Below are positions 36,079-45,669 of a stretch of DNA of 64,000 bases, piece by piece. Within the stretch, counting starts at the first letter, position 1. The number at the start of each line of letters is the position of its first letter. The DNA comes from Candidatus Saccharimonadales bacterium (GTDB lineage Bacteria; Patescibacteriota; Saccharimonadia; Saccharimonadales; EFPC-124), in NCBI GenBank assembly GCA_035710125.1, contig DASTDY010000070.1, forward strand, positions 25,396 to 89,395, in the 5' to 3' direction. The notes beneath the pieces are model-generated. The model made no database searches and was not told where the DNA came from. It was given only the letters and a program-made list of their open reading frames with translations. Position numbers and translations under genes: made by a program.

Positions 36079-36763
36079 CGAGCAACCCCACTACCTGTTT
36101 GGAGCCTTCTAGGTGACTAAGGACGGTTTTCATGTGGGTCTCGACAGGAAGGAGTTTCAATGCATCTTCCAGCGCTTTCACATCTCGCATAAAGCGCTTG
36201 AAATCATCGGTGAACGACTGTACGTCGCTACCCCTTGGCCGCCCAACTGCATCGATCTTCTCGACTACCTCTGCCATCGGAGCCTTTGCAGCCTCGGCCG
36301 CATCAAGCCCGGGTTGAAAAAAGTTGTCAGCCAATTGCTTTGCGAGCTTATACGTTATCCTTACCGGCGAAACTACATCCTCACCCAAGCCCTCTGCAAT
36401 CTGCAGGCTCGCCGTAGCAACCCCAGCAATGTCGTTGGTGCATTCAAGCAATTGCGTTTCGAAACACTGGCACAAGTCATGTAGGCGATCCACCTTGCCG
36501 TTGGCTTCGCCTCTCATTGAGACCAGCATGAGCATGAGTGTCTCAGACTCGTAGTCAGCTTTCTCTATCTTTGTTGTCTCGTCTATGTCGGACTCGAGTT
36601 TAGCAAGAAGGTTGCCCGCCCTTTCATGCATCTTGCCACAATGGCTAATGCAGGCCAAAAAAATCTTTCTGACTCCTTTTGCCATTTTCTCGGCGTCCTC
36701 GGTGCTTTCTTTCACAAACTTAAGTAGCTCGGGAAGAGAAACGGCTCGCCTAAAAATCGCCAC
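36071..36763 (-). CDS. Hypothetical protein; second gene of the high-GC operon
   Basis: 230-aa ORF with a Cys-containing segment (FLACISHCGKMHE...LCQCFETQLLEC). No family recognised. Confidence 0.4.
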   Translation of the reverse strand: MAIFRRAVSLPELLKFVKESTEDAEKMAKGVRKIFLACISHCGKMHERAGNLLAKLESDIDETTKIEKADYESETLMLMLVSMRGEANGKVDRLHDLCQCFETQLLECTNDIAGVATASLQIAEGLGEDVVSPVRITYKLAKQLADNFFQPGLDAAEAAKAPMAEVVEKIDAVGRPRGSDVQSFTDDFKRFMRDVKALEDALKLLPVETHMKTVLSHLEGSKQVVGLLDD

Positions 36764-36905
36764 AAAACCCCCTAAAGGTGCAAGGAACGTATGCTACTGT
36801 ACCACAATTTTAGTGCTGCTGCTGTAGTCTGCCTAAAGCGGCGAAAATCGTCGCATTAGGCAGACCCCAGAGCCTCACACAGCGGGTGTGAGGCTCTGGT
36901 TGTGG

Positions 36906-38036
36906 TCAGACCGACTTCTGGTGCGAGAGGAGTTCACAGCTTGCAGGCTCCACGGGTGAGGTGGTGGGGGAGAGGGGCACGTTGTAGATCTTCATGCCAG
37001 GCACCATGGTGCTCGGCAGACCCTTCAGCTGCGCCTCGTGGACCATCACTTCCATGTTCGCCGACAGTGGTTCGCCGGAGTGCCGCAGCACGATCGTCTC
37101 AGCGTTGGGACGCCAGACGACCACCTGCTGCACGCCGTCTTCCCGCTGCTCCACACGCGCGAAGTGCCAGCCACGCCGCGTGAACAGCTCATGAACCGGG
37201 CTCTCCTTGATGAGCACGTGGGCGTAGTCGCGGTTGGACTGGACTGCCCCTTCCGTCAACAGGCGGTACACCTGGACCGCCAGATCAGGACGAAGGTCGA
37301 GCAGCTTGTCGATGGGCTCGAGGAGCTCGTCGACGTTCTGGCTACGAGTGGCCAAGATCGCTCCGTAAAGCCTCAGACCGAGACTGTTGAGCGCCATGCG
37401 CGCGGCCAGCTTGATGCCGTCGAACGGCCCCAGCTTCTTGACGTGGAACAACGCCACGTTCAGCTGGTACGGCGATTCGATCGTCCGCAGGTAGCGCAGG
37501 GCGAGCATCTGGAGTTCCGTGATGCTCGACAACGCCGCGGACTCGTCGCCGCCAGACAGGGCCACGAAACGCCGCTGCATGCTGTTGTGGGCGTTGGCGC
37601 TGAGCACCGCCGACGGGTCGTCGGTGGCCATGCGCTTCACGAACTCGAACAGCCCGCTGTACGTGCCCACGAAACACTGCGCGGTTTCATCGAGCCAGAA
37701 CGCGCGGCGGTGCAGGTGGCTGGTGTCGTACCCGAAGCACAGGGCTTCCAGGAACGAACCGATGTCTGCAGCACTCCAGCCGGCGCGGATCAGGACACCA
37801 ACGTAGGGCAAACCCACGGGGTCGCCTTGGCCGTCGAAGTCCAGGTAGTTGCGCGCGATGCGCAACAGCGCCTCACGGCCTACGCCGTGGACCAACGCGT
37901 GGGCGAAGTAGGTGCCCACGGGGGTGCCATGCGGTAGGCTTTCCGGCTGGACGCCGTCCGGTCTACCCTCCAAAGTTGCTGTCATGACGCACTCCTTTTG
38001 TGCAATCCGTATTCCTGAAAAAGGACGAGTACGCAA
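36906..38036 (-). CDS. Hypothetical protein; first gene of the high-GC operon (likely start at MTATLEGR, ~37986)
   Basis: 376-aa ORF at about 65% GC. The antisense ORF 37038-37937 is R-rich junk. No family recognised. Confidence 0.4.
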   Translation of the reverse strand: MRTRPFSGIRIAQKECVMTATLEGRPDGVQPESLPHGTPVGTYFAHALVHGVGREALLRIARNYLDFDGQGDPVGLPYVGVLIRAGWSAADIGSFLEALCFGYDTSHLHRRAFWLDETAQCFVGTYSGLFEFVKRMATDDPSAVLSANAHNSMQRRFVALSGGDESAALSSITELQMLALRYLRTIESPYQLNVALFHVKKLGPFDGIKLAARMALNSLGLRLYGAILATRSQNVDELLEPIDKLLDLRPDLAVQVYRLLTEGAVQSNRDYAHVLIKESPVHELFTRRGWHFARVEQREDGVQQVVVWRPNAETIVLRHSGEPLSANMEVMVHEAQLKGLPSTMVPGMKIYNVPLSPTTSPVEPASCELLSHQKSV

Positions 38037-38282
38037 AGCCGGTTTTCAAAAGCCTAAGCCTTTGCCAACCAAGTCTTGCTGCACTTTGCTTATGCCAATT
38101 ATCGGTTTGACAGGGTGGAATTATATAATATATCGAATAAAAATACAATAGTAATTAAGTGAGGTAACTATTAACGAGCATCCAACAATCCTTAGTGCCA
38201 AATACTCAGATTGACACATTTTTTAAATTATTTTAAAGTAAAAAAGACAACCCGTTTTCGATGCCTTATTTAGGAGGCGCAC

Positions 38283-38882
38283 GTGACCGCAATATTCCAG
38301 ATGCTGGCATGCGTGGTGGTGTTGGCGTCGGCGATCCCCACGGCTATCGCCACCGCCAAGCGCGAGGCCAGACCGCGAATTGCGACATGGTTCATACTGG
38401 TGGTGTTCAACGCCGTCCTTGGCGGAGTGGCGCTAGGCAACGGCGAGCAAGTAACTGCCGTGTTCGCCCTCAGCGCCACCGTCGGCGCCACGCTGGTGCT
38501 GGTTCTGGCGCTCGCAACGAAACCACGGCCGTACGGCACTGCCGATGCAGCCTGCCAAGCACTGGCGTGCCTTTTCATGGCGCTGATTCTGCTCACCGAA
38601 GACCCACAACGGACCGTGGCAACTGTCATGGTTGTGGCAATCGGGCTGCTCTCGGCGCTACCGGCTGTCTACTACCAGCTGCGTTCGCAATCAGACGAGT
38701 TCTGGGGCACCTACCTGGGCTACGCAATGGCGGCAGGAATCATGCTGGCTGTGACTGACCGCGGTGACTTCTTCGCGATCATGTTGCCCCTGTTCATGTT
38801 CAGCAACGGTGGCGCGACCGCACTGCTGCTCCTGGGCACGTGGCTGCGTACACGGGCCGTGCACAAGGCAGCAACGAGTTGA
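38283..38882 (+). CDS. Hypothetical polytopic membrane protein, high-GC islet; GTG start with AGGAGG RBS
   Basis: taGGAGGcgcacGTG. About six hydrophobic helices rich in A/L/V/G. 199 aa. Confidence 0.5.
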   Translation: MTAIFQMLACVVVLASAIPTAIATAKREARPRIATWFILVVFNAVLGGVALGNGEQVTAVFALSATVGATLVLVLALATKPRPYGTADAACQALACLFMALILLTEDPQRTVATVMVVAIGLLSALPAVYYQLRSQSDEFWGTYLGYAMAAGIMLAVTDRGDFFAIMLPLFMFSNGGATALLLLGTWLRTRAVHKAATS

Positions 38883-38887
38883 TCAAT

Positions 38888-38924
38888 GCGGCTACCTCGC
38901 CCCAATGTGGGGCGGGGTAGCCGC
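38888..38924. terminator. 16-bp imperfect inverted repeat (gcggctacctcgcccc aatgt ggggcggggtagccgc) between convergent genes
   Basis: One mismatch in a 16-bp stem with a 5-nt loop. Starts 6 nt after the 38283-38882 stop, then ...gtatttta. Likely a bidirectional terminator. Confidence 0.5.
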
Positions 38925-38937
38925 GCAACGCTGTATT

Positions 38938-39594
38938 TTAATTAAGGCCCGCCAACTCCACCGCAACTCCGCCAAAAATACGCGGTCGGAGAAGTACCAT
39001 CCGGATAAACACTATGTGTAAATGAATACAAAAGGCAAAAAGGATTGCCGCCAACAATGCAAGCAGCCAACCCCAAAGCGACCCTAGACTGATCGAATCT
39101 ATTCCAAGCTGCAACAAACTAATGCAAAAGGGCACGAGCAGCGCCATAAAAGCAATCCAATATAGAGTCCAACTTAAAATTGCCATAATCCTTACCTGCA
39201 ACCGCACAATATTTGCGCGCAGCTCGGCCTTAATATCTGCGGTAGGCGATAGTAGACGATACCACAAATTTGCCGATCCACTAGCAGTCCGGCGCGAGAT
39301 TTCTAAAACCTCGTACACAATAAAACCGATGGCAGCGGCGGCGGCAATAATTAATGCGTTATAGGTCATCGGGCTGTTAAGCACCGCCGTACGCAAAAAT
39401 ACCGACCAATCCGGCGCTGCTAATAAGATTGTCACAATGCCTGATTCGCCAAATAAATAACCAGAGAATGCATCGGTCTCGCTAATGTACACCCACGCAT
39501 TAAGCCCAATAAACGCAAGCGTCACGCACACAATAGTAATACCACTTATCAAAGAAGGGGTGAGCAAAAGCCAGGTAAGCCTAAATTGAGCCAT
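38938..39594 (-). CDS. Hypothetical polytopic membrane protein
   Basis: 218 aa with six predicted TM-like segments. About 48% GC, so core-like composition. Confidence 0.5.
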   Translation of the reverse strand: MAQFRLTWLLLTPSLISGITIVCVTLAFIGLNAWVYISETDAFSGYLFGESGIVTILLAAPDWSVFLRTAVLNSPMTYNALIIAAAAAIGFIVYEVLEISRRTASGSANLWYRLLSPTADIKAELRANIVRLQVRIMAILSWTLYWIAFMALLVPFCISLLQLGIDSISLGSLWGWLLALLAAILFAFCIHLHIVFIRMVLLRPRIFGGVAVELAGLN

Positions 39595-39718
39595 GTACCC
39601 ATATAGTAGGCGAGCCCGCCCAAGATGTCTACACGCTAATTTTGCGTTTAGGCCTTGATATTCTGTTGTTCAAAGTGCATTATTCATAGCATAAGGGTAT
39701 TAAAAAAACGGAAACCAA

Positions 39719-41314
39719 ATGAAAGTACATTCTCTTTTTGCAAGAGCGCCACGCAAAACGCTCGTATTAGGTATAACCGCTTTAATTACAGGGGTATTAT
39801 GCGTCGCAGGTATTACTAGCTCGCGCGCTGTTGCAGCCGCCTGTCAGGCGCCTAGCACAAACTTTGGCTCTGGGTCGGCAACAGTTAATGTTACAAATGC
39901 CGGCACCTACAGAGTGTGGAGTCGCGTAATGGCTCCAAACATTCAAGACAGCAACTACTTGCTAGAAATAGACGGCAACACTTGCTACAGCGTTGGTGGC
40001 GGCACGGTCACACCAAACACATGGACTTGGATTGACTACAAAGACAGTGCTGCGGACTCTAAAATTGACATCGCCCTCAGTGCAGGCAACCACACACTGA
40101 AGTTTATAGGTACTAAAGCAGACGTGAAACTCGATAAGGTCATGTTTGTTTCTGACCTTACTTGCACCCCCGTAGACGACGGCAGCAACTGCGATACTCC
40201 AAGTGATGTAATGCCTCCGACCGTTAGCCTTACTGCCCCCACCGAAGGCAGCACTGTGAGCGGCAATACGAACGTTACGGCAAACGCCACAGACAACGTA
40301 GGTATTACCAAAGTACAATTCTACGCGAATAGCGCACTCATTGGCGAAGACACAACCGCCCCTTACAGCGTAAGCTGGAACACGACAGCTGCGCCAAACG
40401 GTACCTATTCAATAATTGCCCGTGCTTTCGACAGCGCCAATAACTTAAGTACGGATAGCTATAGCGTGGTTGTGCAAAATGGCGACACCCAAGCACCGAC
40501 AACACCAAGCGGACTAACTGTTGTCGTTAACAGCGCAACAAAATCCACGCTCACCTGGAAGGCTAGCACCGACAATGTAAGCGTTAAAGGCTACACTGTG
40601 ATCCGCGATGGCTCACCGCTAGCCAACCTAGGCGCTGTCACTACATATAGCGACAGCACGCTTACTCCTGGCACACAGTACAAGTATCAATTAGTAGCGT
40701 TTGATGCAGCCGGAAACAAGTCAGCACCCACCCAAATTGTGGCAGTTACAACACCTAGCGCGCCTGACACACAAGCTCCTACTACTCCTGGTGACCTTAG
40801 GGCAACAACAGTAAGCGCGTCACAGATCAACCTTTCTTGGCAAGCCAGCACTGACAATACAAGTGCCGTGACATACGAAATCTTTAGCAAACCTCGTAAC
40901 GGCAACGCTACAAAGCTAGGCACCAGCACCACAACAAGCTTTGGTGTCACAGGCCTTAAGGCAAACACCGAATACAGCTACTATGTTGTCGCAAAAGACT
41001 CTGCTGGCAACACCAGCCAGGCATCTAACACTGCCACGTCTAAAACCGCCCCTAAACAGCGACGGTCTACTCTATGGGGCACCGTCACAACAACGTCTGG
41101 CCGAAGCGTTAAGGACACACACGTGATTGTACAAACCCAAGGCAAGAAGCGCGTATACCACGCAAATCGGAACGGCAAATACGTTATAAACAACCTTGCC
41201 GCTGGCAGTTACACTGTGACGTACCGTGCGCCAGGATACGTATCTAAATCAGTCCGGCTCACCTTAGGCGCCGAAGCAGTGCGCATGCAAAACATTACCA
41301 TGGTAAAGAGATAA
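39719..41314 (+). CDS. Secreted protein with Ig-like (Big) and three FN3 repeats plus a C-terminal CarboxypepD_reg/PEGA-like beta-sandwich
   Basis: Signal peptide/TM anchor (MKVHSLFARAPRKTLVLGITALITGVLCVAGITSSRAVAAA), assigned because the ORF heads a same-strand cluster of secreted proteins. DVMPPTVSLTAPTEGSTVSG (Big-like). Repeated ...QAPTTPSGLTVVVNSATKSTLTWKASTDNVSVKGYTV and ...QAPTTPGDLRATTVSASQINLSWQAS FN3 blocks. C-terminal TVTYRAPGYVSKSVRLTLG. Confidence 0.65.
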   Translation: MKVHSLFARAPRKTLVLGITALITGVLCVAGITSSRAVAAACQAPSTNFGSGSATVNVTNAGTYRVWSRVMAPNIQDSNYLLEIDGNTCYSVGGGTVTPNTWTWIDYKDSAADSKIDIALSAGNHTLKFIGTKADVKLDKVMFVSDLTCTPVDDGSNCDTPSDVMPPTVSLTAPTEGSTVSGNTNVTANATDNVGITKVQFYANSALIGEDTTAPYSVSWNTTAAPNGTYSIIARAFDSANNLSTDSYSVVVQNGDTQAPTTPSGLTVVVNSATKSTLTWKASTDNVSVKGYTVIRDGSPLANLGAVTTYSDSTLTPGTQYKYQLVAFDAAGNKSAPTQIVAVTTPSAPDTQAPTTPGDLRATTVSASQINLSWQASTDNTSAVTYEIFSKPRNGNATKLGTSTTTSFGVTGLKANTEYSYYVVAKDSAGNTSQASNTATSKTAPKQRRSTLWGTVTTTSGRSVKDTHVIVQTQGKKRVYHANRNGKYVINNLAAGSYTVTYRAPGYVSKSVRLTLGAEAVRMQNITMVKR

Positions 41315-41327
41315 GCGAGGAAAACGT

Positions 41328-41771
41328 ATGAACCCGTCAACACCAACTCCGCAACAACCTCTTGCTCAAGGATCAAAAAATGGCCCTGCTGGTAAAATGA
41401 GCAATAAAAAGTTCTGGCTCATCATTGTTGCACTGCTCGCGCTCATCGTCATTTCTGCTGGGGCCCTCATTTACACCCAAACTATTGGGCAGGCACCCAC
41501 TGAAGAACAGCTATCTGAAGCCCAAGTTTCAATAACCGCCGATGGGTTCTCGCCCTCGACAATACAGATTAAAAAAGGCCAAAGCGTTGTATGGAGCAAT
41601 ACTGACGAGGCAGCGCACCTTCTTACCTCTGATGCAGGCGATTCACCAATAAAAAGCGACACGCTCAATAGGGGCGACGAATACTCAACCATTTTCGACG
41701 AACCAGGAACCTACCCATACTACGACCAACAAGATCCTCAAAAATTTAAAGGCAATGTAATAGTAGAGTAG
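41328..41771 (+). CDS. Cupredoxin-like (plastocyanin/amicyanin-fold) secreted protein lacking the type-1 copper ligands
   Basis: TM/signal. FSPSTIQIKKGQSVVWSNTDEAAHLLTS...GDEYSTIFDEPGTYPYYDQQDP follows the cupredoxin layout (F.P..i.vk.Gd.V.w.N.D...H.v....GTY.Y.C..H...M). Here the Cys/His/Met ligand positions are replaced (YYDQQDPQKF). Confidence 0.5.
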   Translation: MNPSTPTPQQPLAQGSKNGPAGKMSNKKFWLIIVALLALIVISAGALIYTQTIGQAPTEEQLSEAQVSITADGFSPSTIQIKKGQSVVWSNTDEAAHLLTSDAGDSPIKSDTLNRGDEYSTIFDEPGTYPYYDQQDPQKFKGNVIVE

Positions 41772-41781
41772 GGCCACTACA

Positions 41782-42981
41782 GTGAAACATTCGAAAAAAC
41801 GCATAGACTTCTTAAGGTTAAAGGCATCGTATCGCAACAAAATCATTGCCCTGGTAATTGCAATCTCTGTCTTTGGTGTGGGGTTCGCAATAATCCGCTC
41901 CGGTGCGGCAGGCTTTCTGTTCGCAACCGAAGCAGAGCAAGGTGCTGTTAGTGATTCGGCCGTAGTACTAAATGACCCAACAGCATCAGGCGGCAAGGCA
42001 ATCCAATTTAAGGCTGCGCCAACAACACCGCCTCCAACAACACCTCCGCCGGTTGGTCTTAAAGGCTGGCAGATCAATCCAACTAACGTTGGCCTGGCGC
42101 CGCATGGCTTAAGCTGTGCGAGCCTCCCTGAATACAACGGCCCTGTGAGCAACGGCAACTTTAAGCCAGCGGCCGGCTCAGTTATATCTAAGGTGCGCAT
42201 TAGCAAGCCTATGAACCTCTCTAACGGCAATATAACTATAGAAAAAAGCTGTATCCGTGGCGGTGGCATCATTAATGAACAGGGCATGACAGTTACGTGG
42301 GAGCCAGATGGCTGTGGTAACTCTTGCACCCCAGGACGCGGCCCAGTAACTATCCGTGATTCTGAATTTGACGGATCCAACATAGGGCGCGAGGCAGTGT
42401 CGAGAGGTTGCGCATTCCACGGGCTTGGCTTCTTGGAGCGAAACTACATCCATGACCTCGGCAGCGGCCTCTGCTTTGTGAACACCGGCAAAGAGCTCAG
42501 CGGATCTATGGTGAACAACTACATCCATAAGCTACGTGGCAACGGTATTGATCCAGGTACTCCACAAGGCTCGCACAACGAAGCAGGTACAATCCGCGAT
42601 TTCCCAACCAATAGCAACCCAAACCGCACCATTTTAATAGCTAACAACATGTTTGACTCTAAAGACACTGGCGATAACGACTCAGGCGCATTCTTTATTC
42701 AACCAATTTGGGGCGAAATTAATAACGCAACCTTAGAGGGCAACTTGTTTGTAAGCGGAAACTTCAACCTGACCTTAGAGGCGTACAACCGCGACGGCGA
42801 ACGAATCCCTTACGGCCGCAATATGCGTGCAAATAACAACCGGTTCGATGGCGGCTACTACGGCCCGCATAACAACCAACAAAATGGCGTCGTAAATTAT
42901 GGTTGGGCAGAAGCTAAAGAGAACTACATTAATGATCCTTCCAAGCCTGACAATAAAGGACGTGCGCTTAGCCTCGACTAA
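41782..42981 (+). CDS. Secreted parallel beta-helix repeat-like protein with Pro/Thr linker
   Basis: N-terminal TM (IIALVIAISVFGVGFAII). TTPPPTTPPP linker. Repeated NYIHDLGSGLCFVN / NNYIHKLRGNGID segments resembling PbH1 repeats. Confidence 0.4.
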   Translation: MKHSKKRIDFLRLKASYRNKIIALVIAISVFGVGFAIIRSGAAGFLFATEAEQGAVSDSAVVLNDPTASGGKAIQFKAAPTTPPPTTPPPVGLKGWQINPTNVGLAPHGLSCASLPEYNGPVSNGNFKPAAGSVISKVRISKPMNLSNGNITIEKSCIRGGGIINEQGMTVTWEPDGCGNSCTPGRGPVTIRDSEFDGSNIGREAVSRGCAFHGLGFLERNYIHDLGSGLCFVNTGKELSGSMVNNYIHKLRGNGIDPGTPQGSHNEAGTIRDFPTNSNPNRTILIANNMFDSKDTGDNDSGAFFIQPIWGEINNATLEGNLFVSGNFNLTLEAYNRDGERIPYGRNMRANNNRFDGGYYGPHNNQQNGVVNYGWAEAKENYINDPSKPDNKGRALSLD

Positions 42982-43080
42982 CGGCCGAACCGTGCACGAC
43001 TAGGCGCCTTGCATTGCCGCTGCTGGACACATTAATACAAACTGCTTAAGATAATAGCGACAAAACTATAAGAGAGTCAT

Positions 43081-44508
43081 ATGCAACCAAACAATCCAGT
43101 CCCGAACCAGCAGGACCAGCAAGGGCAACCGCCAATACAACCTACGCCACAAATTACGCCACAGCCTATTACGCCACTCCCACCTAACAAACCGCGCGGT
43201 AAGCTGTACGTTATTGCAGCGGTAATTGCAACGTTTATTATTGGAGCTGTCGCAATAGCTATAGTTATGAATGGCTCACAGCAAAAGCAAAGCTCCCAAG
43301 ATAAAGCGCAATCTACCAAAGTACCTATGTTCGGTGACAAACCGTATGCCAATGCCTGCAGTGTTGCCACCGAAGACGATTTTAGGCGCATTTTTGCCCT
43401 CGATAACAATGCCGTTGGCACTATAACCGAAACTGGAACCCTGCCGCCTAAGGCCATGCCAGAAGGCATAGATATAAGTAGCTTTGCAAGCGCATTCGGC
43501 AATAAATCAGACAGGAACGCAACCTGCCACATGGCACTCGGCAAAAATGGGGCAGGCAAAATTTGGACTATCGAGCTAAAACTAAACCAGCTCACCCGAA
43601 ACGAAGACGCTAAAGAGGCGTTTGAGCTTGGCAAAGAAAGAATAGCCTTGCTCCGCGACAGCAACGAAAAAGACATACAACTGCCATCTTTTAAGGCCGA
43701 CGCAGCACAGGCGCGTGCAACCAGCAACGAAATCTCGGCAATAATCCTGCATAATAGCTACGTTGCAGAAATTTCGTATGACTTTGTGCAAGGCGAAACC
43801 GCAGAAGCAATTACGCCAAAGCTAGATCAATTTGCCCAAGCTGTCATAAAAAACCTAGACGACCGTCAAAAACTCTCTACCCAAATTAATCTTTCGGGTC
43901 GCACTGCACAATACGGCAAAAAGTTTGCAGATGTTTGCCACAGCCTGGACGTAAAGGCCATTGCCGCGGCGCTCAATAATATTGAATACAAGGTAGAAGA
44001 CGCCTATTGCTACAATGCGTTTGGCTCACTACCAGGATCGCGGGCTTACGACGACGGCATGGTCTCTAGGCTCGACATAGACTTTAATAGCGAAAAAGAC
44101 CGCGAAGCAATTGCCACAAACAGCCAGTTAACACGCAGCGAACAGTTCCCTCATAAGGCAACATTCAAGACCACTACTGTAGAATCCAATAAAAATGCAC
44201 GTGCGCTACTTGCCGATAAAAAAGCCACGCGCACAAAACCTGGCGCGACCATAACTGCTACTACTGGTCTAGGCGACGAAGGCTTTAGGGTTGTCAAACC
44301 AAGCACTACTAAGCTTAGCTATAAAGGCCAGCCGGTGGAGATACAGTACATGCTCACCACGTACTTTATTGTGAAAGATGCGCATGTTATAGAGATAGAG
44401 TTCGACCAAACAACCGGCAACCGTGGCTACCAAATGACTCCAACCGAACTGACGGACCAAAATATTGCCAAAGTCTACCAAGAGTTTGAAAAGCTGCTAA
44501 GCCAATAG
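43081..44508 (+). CDS. Hypothetical membrane-anchored protein with Q/P-rich N-terminus
   Basis: MQPNNPVPNQQDQQGQPPIQPTPQITPQPITPLPPNKP low-complexity region, then TM LYVIAAVIATFIIGAVAIAIVM, then a ~400-aa extracellular domain. No family recognised. Confidence 0.45.
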   Translation: MQPNNPVPNQQDQQGQPPIQPTPQITPQPITPLPPNKPRGKLYVIAAVIATFIIGAVAIAIVMNGSQQKQSSQDKAQSTKVPMFGDKPYANACSVATEDDFRRIFALDNNAVGTITETGTLPPKAMPEGIDISSFASAFGNKSDRNATCHMALGKNGAGKIWTIELKLNQLTRNEDAKEAFELGKERIALLRDSNEKDIQLPSFKADAAQARATSNEISAIILHNSYVAEISYDFVQGETAEAITPKLDQFAQAVIKNLDDRQKLSTQINLSGRTAQYGKKFADVCHSLDVKAIAAALNNIEYKVEDAYCYNAFGSLPGSRAYDDGMVSRLDIDFNSEKDREAIATNSQLTRSEQFPHKATFKTTTVESNKNARALLADKKATRTKPGATITATTGLGDEGFRVVKPSTTKLSYKGQPVEIQYMLTTYFIVKDAHVIEIEFDQTTGNRGYQMTPTELTDQNIAKVYQEFEKLLSQ

Positions 44509-44531
44509 GCAATCTAGCCCAGGCTCAGCAA

Positions 44532-45626
44532 CTACTTATATTCAACTGCTGTGCTTAGGCCTAAAAAGCCACCGTAGCGCTTGGCTTGCGCAGCAATCTG
44601 CGCTTGCACAGCCAAAGAAAGCGGCTGTAGGGGCATGCATGTTAGTGTTACGGCATCTTTTTTGAGGCTACGGTTCCACATGCCAACAATGCGGCCATCT
44701 ACAACGATATTATTGTTATTAACGCCATAACCGGTTTGCAGCAGCAGGTCGTTGCTTACAGCAGCGCTGCGGTCTTTATAGGCAACTGTGTACTCGTCGA
44801 AGCGAGGCAACAACAGAGTTGTAGGCCCATGATTCTTTGGCGCGAAGTCGAGCGGGAGCCAATACTCCGAGCCACTCTGGTCGTGGCGCGCGAACTCTTG
44901 CTGTACCAGCGAAGCAGCCTTACGGGATTCGCCTAAAGTCAGGCCCGACCACCATGCAAAATCGCGCACTGTAGCTGGCCCGTGGCTTCTAAAGTAGCGG
45001 CGGGCAAGCTCTGCCAAGGCCTGGTCGCCAGTTAAGGCGCGTTGGTTGGGCGCCCATTCGTGCAGCAATACATATGTTGGCTGCTTACCTTGGCGAGGAC
45101 CGAAACATATCAGACTCTCTTGCGCCCAATAGCTAAGCGCATGCAGGCCGCGTGACTGCGATGGGTCAACACCTTGCTGCAAAAGTGCAGCGTATAAATC
45201 TTGGCGGGTGAGTTGCTTGCCGCCAGACAATGCCCGCTTAAACACTTTGCCGCACAATGCAAGTACATCTGGGGTAAGGTTGAGTGACTTCAAGCGATAC
45301 GCTGATTTAACGTTAACGCGGCGCGCCAATAAAGCTTGCATCCAGGAAACATCTTGTGCGGGAATATAGTGTATTGTGCCACGCATTGGCCATGTCCTTA
45401 CAATGGTACGGTCATCTATTGCCTGGGCGACCGATTGTTCAGTGACACCCGCCGGCAACCGAATTCCCAATGCCCATAACGACCAATAATACTCTTGTGC
45501 CTGCACGGCGCCGAACCACTGCACAAGCTCAAGCGGCGTAGAGAAATGGCCGCCCACCAAGCGCTGGTTATGTAATCGAAGTTGTGAAATATCCATACAA
45601 ACAAGTATACCCGAACCGCAGACCAA
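44532..45626 (-). CDS. Winged-helix DNA glycosylase, AlkZ/YcaQ-like (HTH_42 / DUF1006 family)
   Basis: LRLHNQRL...TPLELVQWFGAVQAQEYYWSLWALGIRLPAGVTEQSVAQAIDDRTIVRTWPMRGTIHYIPAQDVSWMQALLARR closely matches the conserved N-terminal block of AlkZ/YcaQ proteins (LGAVQAQDY..A.WSL..R....T...V..AL.DG.LVRTWaMRGTLHLV.AEDL.W..ALLAPR). Confidence 0.65.
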   Translation of the reverse strand: MVCGSGILVCMDISQLRLHNQRLVGGHFSTPLELVQWFGAVQAQEYYWSLWALGIRLPAGVTEQSVAQAIDDRTIVRTWPMRGTIHYIPAQDVSWMQALLARRVNVKSAYRLKSLNLTPDVLALCGKVFKRALSGGKQLTRQDLYAALLQQGVDPSQSRGLHALSYWAQESLICFGPRQGKQPTYVLLHEWAPNQRALTGDQALAELARRYFRSHGPATVRDFAWWSGLTLGESRKAASLVQQEFARHDQSGSEYWLPLDFAPKNHGPTTLLLPRFDEYTVAYKDRSAAVSNDLLLQTGYGVNNNNIVVDGRIVGMWNRSLKKDAVTLTCMPLQPLSLAVQAQIAAQAKRYGGFLGLSTAVEYK

Positions 45627-45669
45627 AGCCGGCTACGGGGCGATGTAGTTAATTTGCTATACTTAAAAC

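Noticed and set aside
41328-41771. Functional blue-copper (type-1 Cu) protein
   Set aside because: The cupredoxin fold signature is present, but Cys, second His and Met ligand positions are substituted, so copper binding is unlikely.
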